Assembly (NCBI GenBank): GCA_963693365.1
Contig: CAVNZM010000002.1
Span: 3,054,259 to 3,118,258, forward strand
Origin: Amoebidium appalachense
Taxonomy: Eukaryota; Protista; Ichthyosporea
Direction of reading: 5' to 3'
Length of the DNA: 64,000 bases
The notes below the pieces were generated by a model. It was not told the DNA's origin, made no database searches, and saw only the letters and a program-made list of their open reading frames with translations. Position 1 is the first letter of the stretch. Each line of letters starts with the position of its first letter. Of this stretch, positions 1 through 14,274 are shown in pieces. Both the position numbers and the translations under genes were made by a program.

Positions 1-46
<46 letters not shown>

Positions 47-281
47 CACCTAGAGACAGCAGATACGTGTGGTACCACACCTCTCATTAGTGCCGTTCTG
101 TCGGGCAGTCTGGAAACTCTCTCACTTCTGGTGGACAGGTGCAATCCCCCCCCCCCCCTCCCCCCCCCCCTCCCCCTGGGCGTTTTCCTGGTTTTTTTTT
201 GTTTTTGTGAGTTTTGCGTTTGTCTTTCTACGGATCCACTCCATAACTCCGGTCCTCTTATGCATACACCTTTCCCTGCCC

Positions 282-321
<40 letters not shown>

Positions 322-851
322 TTCCCCCGGTGCCCCTTCCTCCTCCTCCTCCCCACGGGGCTCTACTCATTATTCATACACATCTCTTATGCCCCTTTTT
401 GCGAAATATGTATCGTGTGCTTGGTGAATGTGTGCTCTGTGCTCTGGAACACATTCTTACCCCCCCCCCCCTCCCGCCCCGATAAAAAAGAGGAAGAGGA
501 AGAAAAAAAAGAAAAGAAAAAAAAACAAAAAAAAACATGAACAACCAGCCCTGATTCTTTCCCCACCCAGTTCCACCCATCTACCCACAAAACCTGCTAA
601 ATGTGACCGTCATTTCCAAAAAAACAAAACAAGCAAACCACAAAAAAGAACAAAAAAAAACGGATAAAACTTCTTGAGGACCGGTAACTATTAAAGCAGT
701 GAAGCAGTAGAAGCCTGGGATATGTTGATATGTTTTTCACACCTCCCCCCCTCCCCCCCTCCCCCCCTCCCCCCTCCCCCGCCTCCCCTCCCTGCCCCCA
801 CACCAAAAAAGCAAACATGATGATGATGAAAGGTGGGCAGGGTGTGTGTGT

Positions 852-905
<54 letters not shown>

Positions 906-1080
906 AAGGGGGGGGAGGGGGTGGGGGAGGGGGGAGACCGAGAGAGAGAGGAGGTTTGAAAAAGACCCTGGCATTCACCACGTCCCACCACTGCTGCAAC
1001 CATTCGTAAGCATGAGTGTTCATGAATTCAAAATACACAGTTTAAGACACGCCCAGTACACATTTGTCTACACACACACA

Positions 1081-1123
<43 letters not shown>

Positions 1124-1339
1124 ACTCACACACACAGTTTTTTTCATGTAGTATTATTGGGAAGGAAAAAGTGGTGTTCGGGGGTTCTAATACCGTTGTT
1201 GGGTGCAGGTATGGGGTGAGTGTTGGGTCGGTGGACAAAACAGGCAAGCAGGCGATACACTGGGCAGCACAGACGGGATATGCGGAAATACTGAGATATC
1301 TGGTGGATAGAGGTGTGTCTTTATATATTTATTATGATA

Positions 1340-1373
<34 letters not shown>

Positions 1374-1383
1374 TGTGTGGGTG

Positions 1384-1415
<32 letters not shown>

Positions 1416-1438
1416 TGTGGGTGGGTGTTCGTGCGTGC

Positions 1439-1520
<82 letters not shown>

Positions 1521-2059
1521 AAATATTGGGATACCTTATGGATTAGGGTATGTGTGCTTGTATGTATACGTACACATACTGAAATATCTGATGGATAGAG
1601 GCATGTGCCTATATACATGCATGTGTATCATGGGGCGGGGGCGGACGGGGGGGGGGGGGGGGTGGGGGCGGGTTGAAGTTACCATGTGCGTTTTTTTTGA
1701 GAAGTTGAATCACATCGGTAGAAGGAGAAGGAAAGGGGAATTGACATACGGACCAAAACGTATGCAGATCATGTCACTGGTTGTGTGTGTTTGGGGGGGG
1801 GGGGGGGGGGGGGAGGGGGGAGGGGGAGGGGAAGGGAGGGGGGTGCACACTGTCAACAAAAGTATCTTTACTGAGACTGGGCTCGGTCTGATGCTAACTG
1901 GGAATACTCCGTGGACAGTCACACACACTTTCTCAGTTTTCTCAATCTCATGCAATCGCGCACGTAGAAGCACATATACAGGCCACATTTGCACACACAC
2001 ATATTACGCACACGCACATGCACACACGCGCGCGCACACATACATACACACACACGCGT

Positions 2060-2105
<46 letters not shown>

Positions 2106-2214
2106 ATAAACACACACACACACAAACACACGTATACACACACACGTACACACGTACACACAACCACACGCGCACACACATGCACATGCACACACACGCA
2201 CGCACACGCGTGCG

Positions 2215-2263
<49 letters not shown>

Positions 2264-2341
2264 ACACACGTACACACAAACATATGTATACATACGCACG
2301 TACACACGTACACACAACCATACGCGCACACACATGCACAT

Positions 2342-2399
<58 letters not shown>

Positions 2400-2939
2400 A
2401 CACTCACGTACACGTACACGTACACGTACACGTACAGGTGCCCTACTGGATGCCCGTGATTCCATTGGCTTCATCCCCCTCCACCATGCAGCCAGAGAGG
2501 GCAAAGAAGAAACTGTCAGCCTTATCATCGGTACTTGCCTACCTCCCCCCCCCCTCCCCCCCCCCCCCCCCCCCCCAACCCACCCACCCGCCCCACCCAC
2601 TCTCCTTTTCTCTCTCTCTCTCTCCACTCCCCCCCCCCCCCCCCCCCATCCTCCTCTCCCTCCTTCCCTCACCCTCTCTCCTTGATAACCCTTACATTCC
2701 TTATCCCTCCCAGCCTGTGGGTCACTGGGCCCAATATGGGCAGTGGATGACGTGTCACCCTCCCCCCTCCTCTCCCTTTCAAGACCCCCCCCACCTCCCC
2801 TCCCTCAATCCCCTCCCCGCCCCCTCCCCCTGGATACACCCACACCCACACCCAAGCGAAGTGAGCACGGCATCATTTGAGCGCAGACACTTCAACATGC
2901 CGAGGAATTCCCAAGATGGCCTTTTGTTTCTTTCTTTTC

Positions 2940-3026
<87 letters not shown>

Positions 3027-4433
3027 AGACATAAGCAAAATGCCCACAACTGGATCCTAGGATGGCGTCAATGCGGATGTCAGTATGAACGTCGATGAAA
3101 TGACCTGCTTTGCCTATATATGGAGATGTTATTTGTGAAGCATAAACAACAACAACCACATAAAAGGAATCCACGAGAAGTGCCGACTTTAATACTGGTT
3201 CAACCCCCCAGGACTAAATCCATCAACACTTGAAGCCACAGACAACAAAGGCAGAACGGGTAACCCCCCCTCCCCACCCTCTCTCCCCCCCCCCCCCCCC
3301 CCCCCCCCCGCCGCCTCTCCTCCTCTCCCAACCCTCCCCCTCCTTCCCCCCCCCCCCCCCTCCCCCCCCTCCCGCCCCCCAATGGAAAAAATAAAATAAA
3401 ATAAATAAATAAATAAAAGAAAAAGAAGAGGAGGAGGAAGAAGAAGAAGAGACAAACGAAGAAAGGGGGGCATTCAGAAAAGGAGTCACTTAAAACAAAA
3501 TTAAGCAAAATTGGTTTGATTATAATCAATATATAGTCAACCTACTACAGAAATCGAAGGATTTTAAAAAGGGTGGCACGAGCTGGTGCCTGGTGGCACG
3601 TACATAAGCACACTCTCGTGTGGCACAGGCAAAATTAAATCCTGCAAATTCTCAATGATGATTCATTCGTTTGGGATTGACCAACACGTGTGTGGTGATT
3701 AATTGTGTATCTATACGTGTGGAGTCTGTACATCATGGCCGTGTGAATTATTCAGTTAGGGGATACGACATGTTTCCATGCATACACCTATCACAAAGCT
3801 TCCACCCCCCCCACCCCCCTAGCTAGCAACCCTTCTCGGCATTCTGTTACTCTCTCTTGCTCTCTTGCTTCCCCTCCACCCCCACCCACCCACCGCCACC
3901 CCACCCCGCGCCACTTCTTCCCTCTCCCTTTCTACCCCACCTTACGCACCCACCATCACATCCACCCACCCGCCAGCCCTCCCTATCTTTCTCTTTCTTT
4001 CTCTTTTCCTCTCACTCTTCCCCCCCCCCCCAAAAAAAAATAATTAAATAAAATAAAATAAAAAAACACCCCCCCCCCCCCCCCTTTCCCCCCCTTTTGT
4101 TTCTCTTACTCCCCCCTCCTCCCCTGTCCGTTCTCCCTTTCCTCTGCCCCCCCTTCACCCCCCTCCCCCCCCCCCCCCCAAAAGACCCCCCAAAACCCCC
4201 CACCCCCAACCCCACCCTTCCCCTTCCCCCACTTTCCCCCTCCCCTGCGCCCCCGGTGCACGACCTCATTGAATGGGTAATTAATTACTCTCTCATGTCT
4301 TGTGAATGTATTTATTCGATTTTACTTTCCAATTCTAATTTTTGTTACAGCTCTGCAGGTTGCGCAGGAGTATAACCGTCAGAGTGTGGTGGCACGCCTT
4401 GGAAAGCTCCCTAGTAGGCCTGCGTCAGGCTGA
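47..4433 (+). CDS. Ankyrin-repeat protein, 3' part (5' end outside window); exons 47-138, 1209-1312, 2438-2530, 3212-3259, 4351-4433
   Basis: Phase-consistent GT-AG splicing gives four consecutive ankyrin repeats: [139 protein letters not shown]. Stop TGA at 4431-4433. Confidence 0.88.
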
Positions 4434-6092
4434 TTGGTAGCCTATGCATTTTCTTTTCTTTCCTCCTCTTTCTCTTTCCTTTTGTTTTTCTTGTCTTCTC
4501 TCTTTTTCCTTTATATCATATTGTATTCATTTCCTTTCCTTCTCTTTCCTTTCTTTCTCTCTCTCTCATTCTCTCTCCCTCATCCCTTTCATTAAAAAAT
4601 AAATAAATAAACAAGTTCCTCTCGTTTCTTTTCTTTTCTTCCTTTTTTACTCCCCCTTTCTCGGCAGCGTGGCATTTCTACCTATAACACGCTCGAAGGC
4701 AACGAATACGCTGGCTTCTGTGCAAGTGTGTAGGTGTGGGAGAAAGGTGACGTGTGTGTGTGCGTGTGGTGATGGTGGTGGTGGGGGGGGGGGGGGGGGG
4801 GTATTAGAAGTTGAAGGGTTCAGGAAAGTTGGGGCCGGATATTCAAGCGTAAGTTTGTCTGGCGAATGAATAGTGCATGAATGTAGAACGCGATGCTCTT
4901 GTGTGAATCATTTGAGGCCGTTAATTACGTGATGAGTTTGTCTAAATCTTTTGGGACATGATAAAGACATAATGTACCATTTATTCTGAAAGTTGTTCGT
5001 ACCACACGAACCACAAATATCTTGATACTATCTTTTAGTAGTGTCCCACGCACGGCGATGATCACCCAATATCAATGAATCGGTGTTCCTTACAAATCAG
5101 ACCTCATTCTCTAAACCCCCCTCCCCCCGGACCCCTGCTTGGCAATTTGCAACGCGGTCCGATCCTAATCCCCTTCCTCCGACCCTGACCTCGAACTGTG
5201 CACTCCTACAACATGTGCAAAGCCGTTATCCAATCACGGGCTACCTCCATATCATTGCCAACAGCCTGTACATAGGCATGTCAAACAGACATCGAGCCGA
5301 TCTTATCATACATAAAATTCAATCGGGCACTGCCCACGTACATTAGGGAAGAGCCACGACGTATGTAGCATCCTGGATAGCCACGACACTAGCCATGACA
5401 TATCGCATGGCTTCGGAGATTTCAAATTGCTCTGTAGTGCATATGCACGCACAGTGCACGCGTTGACTTGGCAACTATGTATATATGTGTGCGCATACAC
5501 GTGCACGTCGATGATCCCGTCGACGTCGGTGAGTGCGAACCAGGCAATATTGGTTAGAAGAAACGTTCACGCATATACATACTACAATGCTAAATAAGAA
5601 AATTATTGACATTTGGAACTTAAAGTTCTTCTTGTTTATGAATGTTTACAACCAGTGCCGGCCTGATACACCCAGCCGTCCATTGCATGACGTCATGATG
5701 CGTCATTATGTGAGGCGATGCAATTTCATCCAATCAATAACTATGACACTTTTCATTGGTTTACGTAGCATCATCTTACGAGAGGCAGTTGCACCACGGG
5801 CGGTGCGAGCTCTCTTTGTACACGTGCACATGCGCATGCACAACAAGTGACGAGAGGCTAAGTTGTGTTTTGAGCTCGTATAGGAGAGTATATTATAATT
5901 AGGAATATAACCCTAACCAGACACAAACCTTACCCTGACTCTAGGATTTGAGTTATAACATCGCGTTTTTTCCCGCCAACGTTTAGGGATTCTGTGGTTA
6001 AGTCTTGTACGACCCATTCCTGGGGTCTCTGGGCTCAATTTGCCCACGTCATCATAGTCATCACTCTAAGTGTGTAGAAAAAAACAGCGAAA

Positions 6093-6516
6093 ATGGGGAG
6101 AGACAAGAAGACAGCAAAGGGGCGTTTGGATCGCTACTACCACATGGCCAAGGAGCAAGGCTTCCGCTCCCGTGCCGCCTTCAAGCTTATTCAGTTGAAC
6201 AAGAAGTTCAATTTCCTCAGTCAGAGTAGATGTGTAATGGATCTTTGTGCAGCCCCCGGTGGTTGGTGAGTATCGTTCGTGGAAAGAGCACGCTATATGT
6301 GGGTTATAAGGAATGATAGACTGAAGCCATCGTTTTTAGTGCAATTTCGGCGCTTGTTCCGATCTTGTCCGTTCAAGTCTGGTGGCCAAGCCTCAGCACA
6401 GACCTGTGGACACCCAACTATCGATCATTGCACTTTGCGGCATCTCTTCCCAGACAACTATTCTATCTTACCGGTAACACGAATTACACAACGGTGTGCG
6501 CATATGTATCCGTGAC

Positions 6517-6564
<48 letters not shown>

Positions 6565-6680
6565 CAGGAACACATACCGCATACACACTCAAGAATGCAA
6601 ACACGGAGGCGGCGCCCATGGGGATGCGTTTACATAAACACCACGTGCACTCATCGAGGCATGCGCATGCACGTGAGGGT

Positions 6681-6739
<59 letters not shown>

Positions 6740-6879
6740 ACATACACATACACACACACATACACACAGGCACGCACACACACACACACACAGACAGACA
6801 CAGACACACACACAGAGAGGAGAGAGACATACTTGCACAACCACACACAGACACGCACACACGCGCACACACTGATACA

Positions 6880-6915
<36 letters not shown>

Positions 6916-8966
6916 CGCACACACCAGCAAACACAGAGACACACACAGACACACACAAAATGGCTTTTCCGCCTTCTCTGCTTGGCAAGGGTGATATGCA
7001 GTGACCCGTCATACATACTGCAGCGCTCTAATCCCCTCCTCTCCTTTTCTGCCCCCTTCTTCCTGTTTCGCCCGCCCTCCCCCGTCCCCCCTCCCCCCTG
7101 TTGTTTTGCTTGTCATTTGTTGTTCTGGTTGAATACCTGTAATCTTCGCTTATTTATGTGTGTGTGTGTGTGTGTATGTATGTTGTGCGGGGTTGCACAC
7201 ACCGGTGTCTACTTTTCTTCCTACTGCTTTTCTCTCCACACACTTCATCTGTCCACTTCTGCATACCCCCCCTCTCATAGCTATAGACACACTTCACACA
7301 TTGCGTTACGCGCACGCATGCACACACCGCTCTGTTGGCGACAGCTCCCTTGGAACCCATGCGGCATGTTACCTGTCGGCGTAACATAACTCGGACTATC
7401 GGTTTGGCTTTTTTCAAACCCAAAGCAATGGGTGATACCATATTTCCGACTGACATCCGGGGGCATAGCTTTCCGTTCGAATACGTTAAAGTTCCGCCCT
7501 AGTAAGCGTGTTACTACCCTGCGGCGTGGGTCAAATCTCATATTTTCCCCTCTGAATGCGAATTCTGCGGCCTTCGGGACTTGATTCTTTTCAGCTGGTG
7601 TAATATGTTAGCCAGGAGTATCGACTTAGGTAGCGACGGGGGAGCTTCCCAGAAGCCCCGTCTCCTGAGTTCCTATCTATTTTTTTCTTGCTTCTGCTTA
7701 CTGCTGCAACTTTAACCCCCGGCCTTTCCCACTGCCCTTGCCTGCATAAGCAACCCTGCTCGTCTCTGATCAAGACGGGTGACCTACCCATGTTCAAGTG
7801 AAACAGTATCTGAGTTGGGTTTCGTTAACGAGGTGAATAGTCCGAAACTCGGGTACTGTGGATGACGTGGGCCCCCCCTGAGGATGGGCTCTGCCTCTTA
7901 TGCATACTCTTTATGTATGGCTTGCATTCTGCATCGTGTTATCCGTTTGTTCTTGTGTACTTCGTACTTTATGACGCATTCAAACCCCCCCTCCCCCTCC
8001 CCCCCCCCCGGCACACACGTCCACCCGCCCACCCACCCACACCCCTTCCCCCAGGCTACAAGTTGCAGCGAAATACTGCCCCGTGTCGAGTGTCATTATT
8101 GGTGTGGACAGAGTGGCCATCAAGCCCATCAGGTGGGTGGCCTATATCTCTCTTCGGGGGGGGAGGAGGGGGGGAGGGGAATGTGAAGTTCGGCGCGGGG
8201 GAAGGGAGAGGGGCAAGGGGAGGCAGGCCTGCCCTTGCCCTCCTTGGTTTGATTTGAAAGGGGGGGGGGGAGGGGGGAGGTGCTGTGCACGTGTCGGCAT
8301 AGGGTGGGGACTGGAGGGGGTAAGCGGCGAAGTCGATGAATTGCTGTGTAGATACCCCTGTTTTTTTTGTGTGTGTTGAGGGGAGGAGTCAGCCTCCAAA
8401 GACATTTGCTTGCCTATCATGCTGGATACGCCGGTTATTTATTTATTTATTTTATTTGTTTTTTTTTTTTTGGTGGGGGGGGGGGGGGGGGGGGGGGGGC
8501 AAGTATGTGAGTGTGGTGAGGCTTAGTTGGGGGGGGGGGGGGGGGGGGGGGGGGCAAGTATTTGAGTGTGGTGAGGCTTATTGGGGGGGGGGGGGGGGGG
8601 GGGGGGCAAGGGGATGGGCAAGAATGAACAATAGTGATTATTGGTGTGAACGAGGCCGGGGGATAGGGGGGCTGGGTGGGAGAAGAATGGGTTGTTGCTA
8701 GCTATAGTGACGGTTACTTTTTGTGTGCGAGAGGCCGCGGGGGGAGGGGAGGGGGTAGGGGGGAATGGTGTGTTTGAAGGGGGAGGGGAGGTGGTCTGAG
8801 ATTGTTGCCTGACCATTTTTTTTTTCTCGCTGGTTTGCAGAAACTGCATCACGCTCACAGAAGACATCACAACTGAGAAGTGCCGTCAGTCACTGAAAAA
8901 GGAGCTGAAAACCTGGCAGGTGGGTGGGGAAATGTGCCGGCTGTGTGTTTTTGTGGTGTGTTTTTC

Positions 8967-9003
<37 letters not shown>

Positions 9004-9118
9004 TTTGGGGGGGGGGGGGGGGGGTTGCTGGTACAGGCAGGATTTCGTAGAAATCTGAACAGGGGTGGGGGAGGGATGGAGTGGGAAGGGGCGGGGGGAG
9101 GAGGTGGGAGAGTTGTAT

Positions 9119-9149
<31 letters not shown>

Positions 9150-9615
9150 GGAGGGGGGATCGGTTGGTAGTGGTTGGGCTCTGGGGAGTAAAACGAAGGA
9201 GGTGGGAATCAGTGCATTGCATGTTTGTGTTTGTGTGTCCGGGGAAGGGTGTGTGTGTGGGGGGGGGGGGGGGGGGGGGGGGGAGGGGGGGGGGGAGCAA
9301 GAGAGGACTGGGGGATGGAGCGGGAAGGGCACGGGAAGAGGCGTGGTAAGATAGGACATAGCTGCTGGATTTGTGTGGTTGCTATAAGGGGTGTGGGATG
9401 GGACATTTGGGAAGGGATGAGGGGTGCAGGGAGGTGGGGGCTATGGGTGGAGAGAGGGAAATTTCGACAGTCGACGTCCTACGCGAGCACCATAATCATG
9501 CATGACATGCAGAGCCCCTCCTACACACATGTGTACAGTGACAATGCCACATGCATAGTACTCATATGCTTACACACATGCACGCACACTTGCACACGTT
9601 TACATACACACACAT

Positions 9616-9659
<44 letters not shown>

Positions 9660-11028
9660 ACACAGGTGGACTGTGTGCTGCACGATGGTGCCCCCAACGT
9701 GGGTACTGCCTGGGTGCAGGATGCTTTCAGTCAGGTCGAGCTGGCCCTGAAATCACTTCAGGTGCGTGCCCCCCCCCCCCCCCCCCCCCCCCCTGCGAAC
9801 ACACGAATGTACACACACATGCGCATACACAGAACATACATATGCATGTATCGGGGCACAAGCTCGGACACAGGCACATGTACTTTGCACGGATACACAC
9901 AAACTAATTGTGCATACACATACACGTACACACGTACACACACGGGAGGGGGAGGGAGGGGCAGTTTTGCTGGACCCAAAAATCAAGTAATATTCACTTT
10001 GTACAATAAGGGGATGGCAGCACGAGGTGACGAAGGGAAGAGTTGATGGGGTGTGGTATATTCTGACGCTAGTTGTGATAATATCGGCCGCACTTAGAAA
10101 CAACTACCGACTTATGATAGAATTGCGGTGGTTACGTTATAGGCCTTAGTTTTTGGACGTAACCGGAAGTGGTTTCATAATGTGAGTTTGGGCTAGATGG
10201 TGATGTTTATGGAATGTGTTTCTTTTTTTTTACGACATGAGTATTGATCTGACAACAAAACCCACCCTGTCACTTCACCTGCGTGTGCATGCCCGATGCA
10301 CATACACACACAAGCGCACACACGTGCGTGCACATTTGTGGATACACACACACATGCACGCACATACACACACACACACACACACACATGTACACACACA
10401 CACGTACACGTACACGTACAGCTAGCCACCGAGTTCCTTCGGCCAGGGGGGTGGTTCGTGACGAAGGTGTTCCGCAGCAAAGATTACTTCGCCTTCATGT
10501 GGGTGCTGGGCCAACTGTTCACAAAGGTACCATACTTCGCCATGGCCACAACATTTGCTGCTAAATAAGGCAATCGGATTGATCTCATTGCATTTATTTG
10601 TGATGAGGTTGACCAATTAACCATTACTGCCATGAGCGGATGGACTATATTTAGCCATTGGAAATTGGCTTTGTGCACGTTGCTTTTACCTGTCGGCTCA
10701 CACATCATCGACAGCCTTACACGGTTGGTTGCTCGGAATAATAATACAGTCACACGTTATGTATGTACCAATATTTTGTTTTTTTGCGCTGGGGGGGGGG
10801 GGGGGGGGGGGGGGGAAGAAGAGGACAACACAACATACACACACACACACACACGAACACATGCGCTTGCACTTGCACATGGCCATACACATGCACATGC
10901 ACAGTCGCGCTCAAACACACCATGTGCACGCACGTGCTTTGGACGCACTTCATCACACATGTCAACACACTAACGCACATACTTTTCATTTCCTTGTTCC
11001 TTTTTCCTTTTTCCCTGATGCACACACG

Positions 11029-11089
<61 letters not shown>

Positions 11090-11239
11090 TGCCACCAAGC
11101 CCTCGGCCTCACGTAATGTGTCTGCCGAAATCTTCGTCGTGTGCCAAGGATACAAGGCCCCGGCTAAAATCGACCCCCGCATGCTTGATCCCAAGTGTGT
11201 GTTCCAGGTACGTCCATCCCCCCCCCCCCCCCCCCCTCC

Positions 11240-11270
<31 letters not shown>

Positions 11271-13392
11271 AAAAAAAAAAAAAGAAAAGAAAAAGAAAAG
11301 AAAAAAAAAAAACACCCACACGCGCGCGCGCACACACACACTCACGCACTCACGCACGCAGCCCCCCCCCCCCCCCAACACACACACACAAACACGCGTA
11401 TTCTCTCTCTCTCTCTTTCTCCCCTCTGTCCCTTCGTTCCTCCCCTTCCTCTTCTTTCTCTCCATTTCTCTCTCCCTCCCTCCCTGTCTTCATACCCCTT
11501 CCACGTATTTGGGGTAAAGTCCATGTTCTTTGCATCTGTGTTCGTGTCAGCTGTACTGCCTGAGGACCCCCTAAGTCTTCGTGTTGTTCCTTTTCCGGGC
11601 AAAAGGAAGAGGCAGAGAGACGTTTTTCCTCCTTTTTTGGAGGGGTGGGGGGTGAGGAGGTGCATACGGATTTTTACGGGGTGCCTACTCGATATCTTTG
11701 GCTCAATAAGGACCAGTTGGATGAGATTCGGCACTGAATTTTCGTATTTTGGGGGGTTTTTAGGATGTGGAGGCACCCAAGCAGGTGACATTGGACACCC
11801 TTGTCCGGACGAAAAAGTCGAAGGCACAGCCCAGCGGCTATGAGGATGGTAACTACACCCAACACAAGACGAGGTACCCCCCCCCCCCCCACCTACACAC
11901 ACACGCGCGCGCACACAACACTCACGTACATCCAGCTACCCACTCATTCACTCACCCAAGTACCTACACCGCATTCTTCCCCCCCACTCTCCAATTCCTC
12001 AATCCATCTGACCCCTTTTCCCACAACATATACACCTACCCAACTGAACGCAGATCAACACATAACACACCGATGTGCACACGCCGCATACACACACACA
12101 TACATACACATAAGCACACAAAAGGGTGGACAGGCGGGCGGACAGACACCGTATGGAGTTAGCGGGCTGAGATGTTGATTGACAGTGTGTGTGGGTGGGT
12201 GTGGGTAGGTGGGTGCGCGTGTGTGCGGGCGGACGTATGCGCGTGTGCATGTGCGTGCGTGCATGCAGGTGGGCGTGCCTGTGTGTGCGCGTGTGCGCGC
12301 ATGTGTGTGTGGTTGTGTGTGTATGTCCATTCTTAGATGATATCTGACAGTGGCAGTGTGTGTTCAGGTCGGCAGCAGAATTCGTTTCTGCTCCAGACGC
12401 CTTGACCTTCCTTGCGAGTGTCAACCAAATCAGCCTCGAGGGGCCTGAGAATGCAAACTATGCAAAGCACAAGGCAACGGATCAAGAAATTCGGGCATGC
12501 TTTGAGGATGTCAAAGGTGGGTGGTGGTGGAGAGATATTGTTGGGGAGCTTCCGTGCCTTTGCGTGTGGGGGGGATGGAGGGAGTTGGGGGGGGGGGGGG
12601 GAGGGGGTGTTGCACGTATTCCCATATTGATGTCTGCACAGGCAAGACTGTCTTGTACGAAAGAGATCTATGTGGCTGCTAGCGCCCTCCCCCCCCCCCC
12701 CCCCCCCCCCAGACGCAATTGATGACTTGGGCCCTCCCTGAGATGGGCTCTGCTTATGACGCATACTGCGCGCATTGGCTATGTTGCATACTTGAATGTT
12801 TGCCTTTGCATGTGTCCTTCGTGTATGCGTACTTCGTACCGTGTTCCGCATTCAACCCCTGTCGGTCGGGCTGCAGAGAGGAAGGAAAGTCAGAAATGTG
12901 ACACGGATTTGCCCTCTAAACACTGTGTACATGCAAAGGCCCCCCCCCCCCCCCCCCCCCCCCCCCTCTTCCAAACCCACCCATCCACCCTCAATTTTTC
13001 ATTCACACGAACAACAAAATGACATAAATAACAGCTAAGGCTTCTTGTTCATAGATTCTTGTAGCTTTTAATGTTAGTTTTAATTTTATGTTGTAGTTAA
13101 CTGATATTTACCCTCTTTCCAGTCCTCGGCAAGAAAGAAATTCGCGCACTCATCAAGTGGCGCGACACAATGCGGAAGGCATATGGGCAGGACGACAAGA
13201 AGGAGGAAGTGGAGGAAATTAAAGAGGATGAGGATGAAGACAACGAGGATGTGCAGATGACGGAGGCCGAACGGGAGGCCCTGAGCCTGGAGGAGCAGAT
13301 TGAGGCCTTGAAGGAGGATGAAAAGAAAAAAGAAAAGCATGAAAAGAGAAAGGTACGAGGGATGGAGGAGTTGTGTTTGGGCCCGTGGAGAT

Positions 13393-13438
<46 letters not shown>

Positions 13439-13568
13439 GGGGGGGGTGAGGGGGGGAGGGGGGGTTTGAGGTGGAGGGGGGAGGGGGGGGGGGTGTAAGA
13501 CTAGCAGAAGCGGGAAGAGTATTGTTGTTGAAGAATGTGTGTGGGTATGTGTAGTGGTTGGTGTGTGT

Positions 13569-13601
<33 letters not shown>

Positions 13602-14053
13602 GGGGAGGAGGGGAGGTAGGTGGGTTGAGTGTGTTGTAATGTGGAGGGTAAAGGGAGGCGGGGTACCATCATGTGGTATTTTGTCACACACTAACAGATC
13701 TCTCCGTCTTCCCCCTTTCTCTCCCTCCCTCCCTGCCCTCCCCCCCCCCCCCCCCCCCCTGGCTCCCCAGGGCGTCTCCCTCTCTCTCTCCCTCCCTCTC
13801 CCTCTCTCTCTCTCTCTGTCTCTCTCTCTCTCCCCCCCCCTTTTTTTCCAGGCCTACAAGGAGAAACTCAAGCTCCGTGAGCGCCTAGCGCTCAAGATGG
13901 ACCTCCCAGGGGACCAACTGGATCTGCCCACAGACTCTGCTCTGTTCTCTCTCAACTCAATTAAGACTAAGGACGGACTGGGGAAGGTTGTCGATGTAAG
14001 TTGCACACAGACACATACTTGTTCCCCCCCCCCCCCTCTTCCCCCCCTCCCCC

Positions 14054-14117
<64 letters not shown>

Positions 14118-14215
14118 TGTTTGTGTGTGCGGATGGGTGGGTGGATGAGTTCCTTTGTGTGTGTGTGTGTGTGTGTATGTGTGTGTGAATGTGGATGGGT
14201 GGGTGAATGGGCTCC

Positions 14216-14274
<59 letters not shown>

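Noticed and set aside
4929-4989. Possible C/D box snoRNA (GTGATGA...CTGA)
   Set aside because: No terminal stem and no rRNA-complementary guide that I could recognise; such box pairs arise by chance.
7790-7870. Canonical SECIS element
   Set aside because: A GUGA/GA-like core is present, but there is no apical AAA, the motif sits in an intronic repeat, and no selenoprotein ORF lies upstream.
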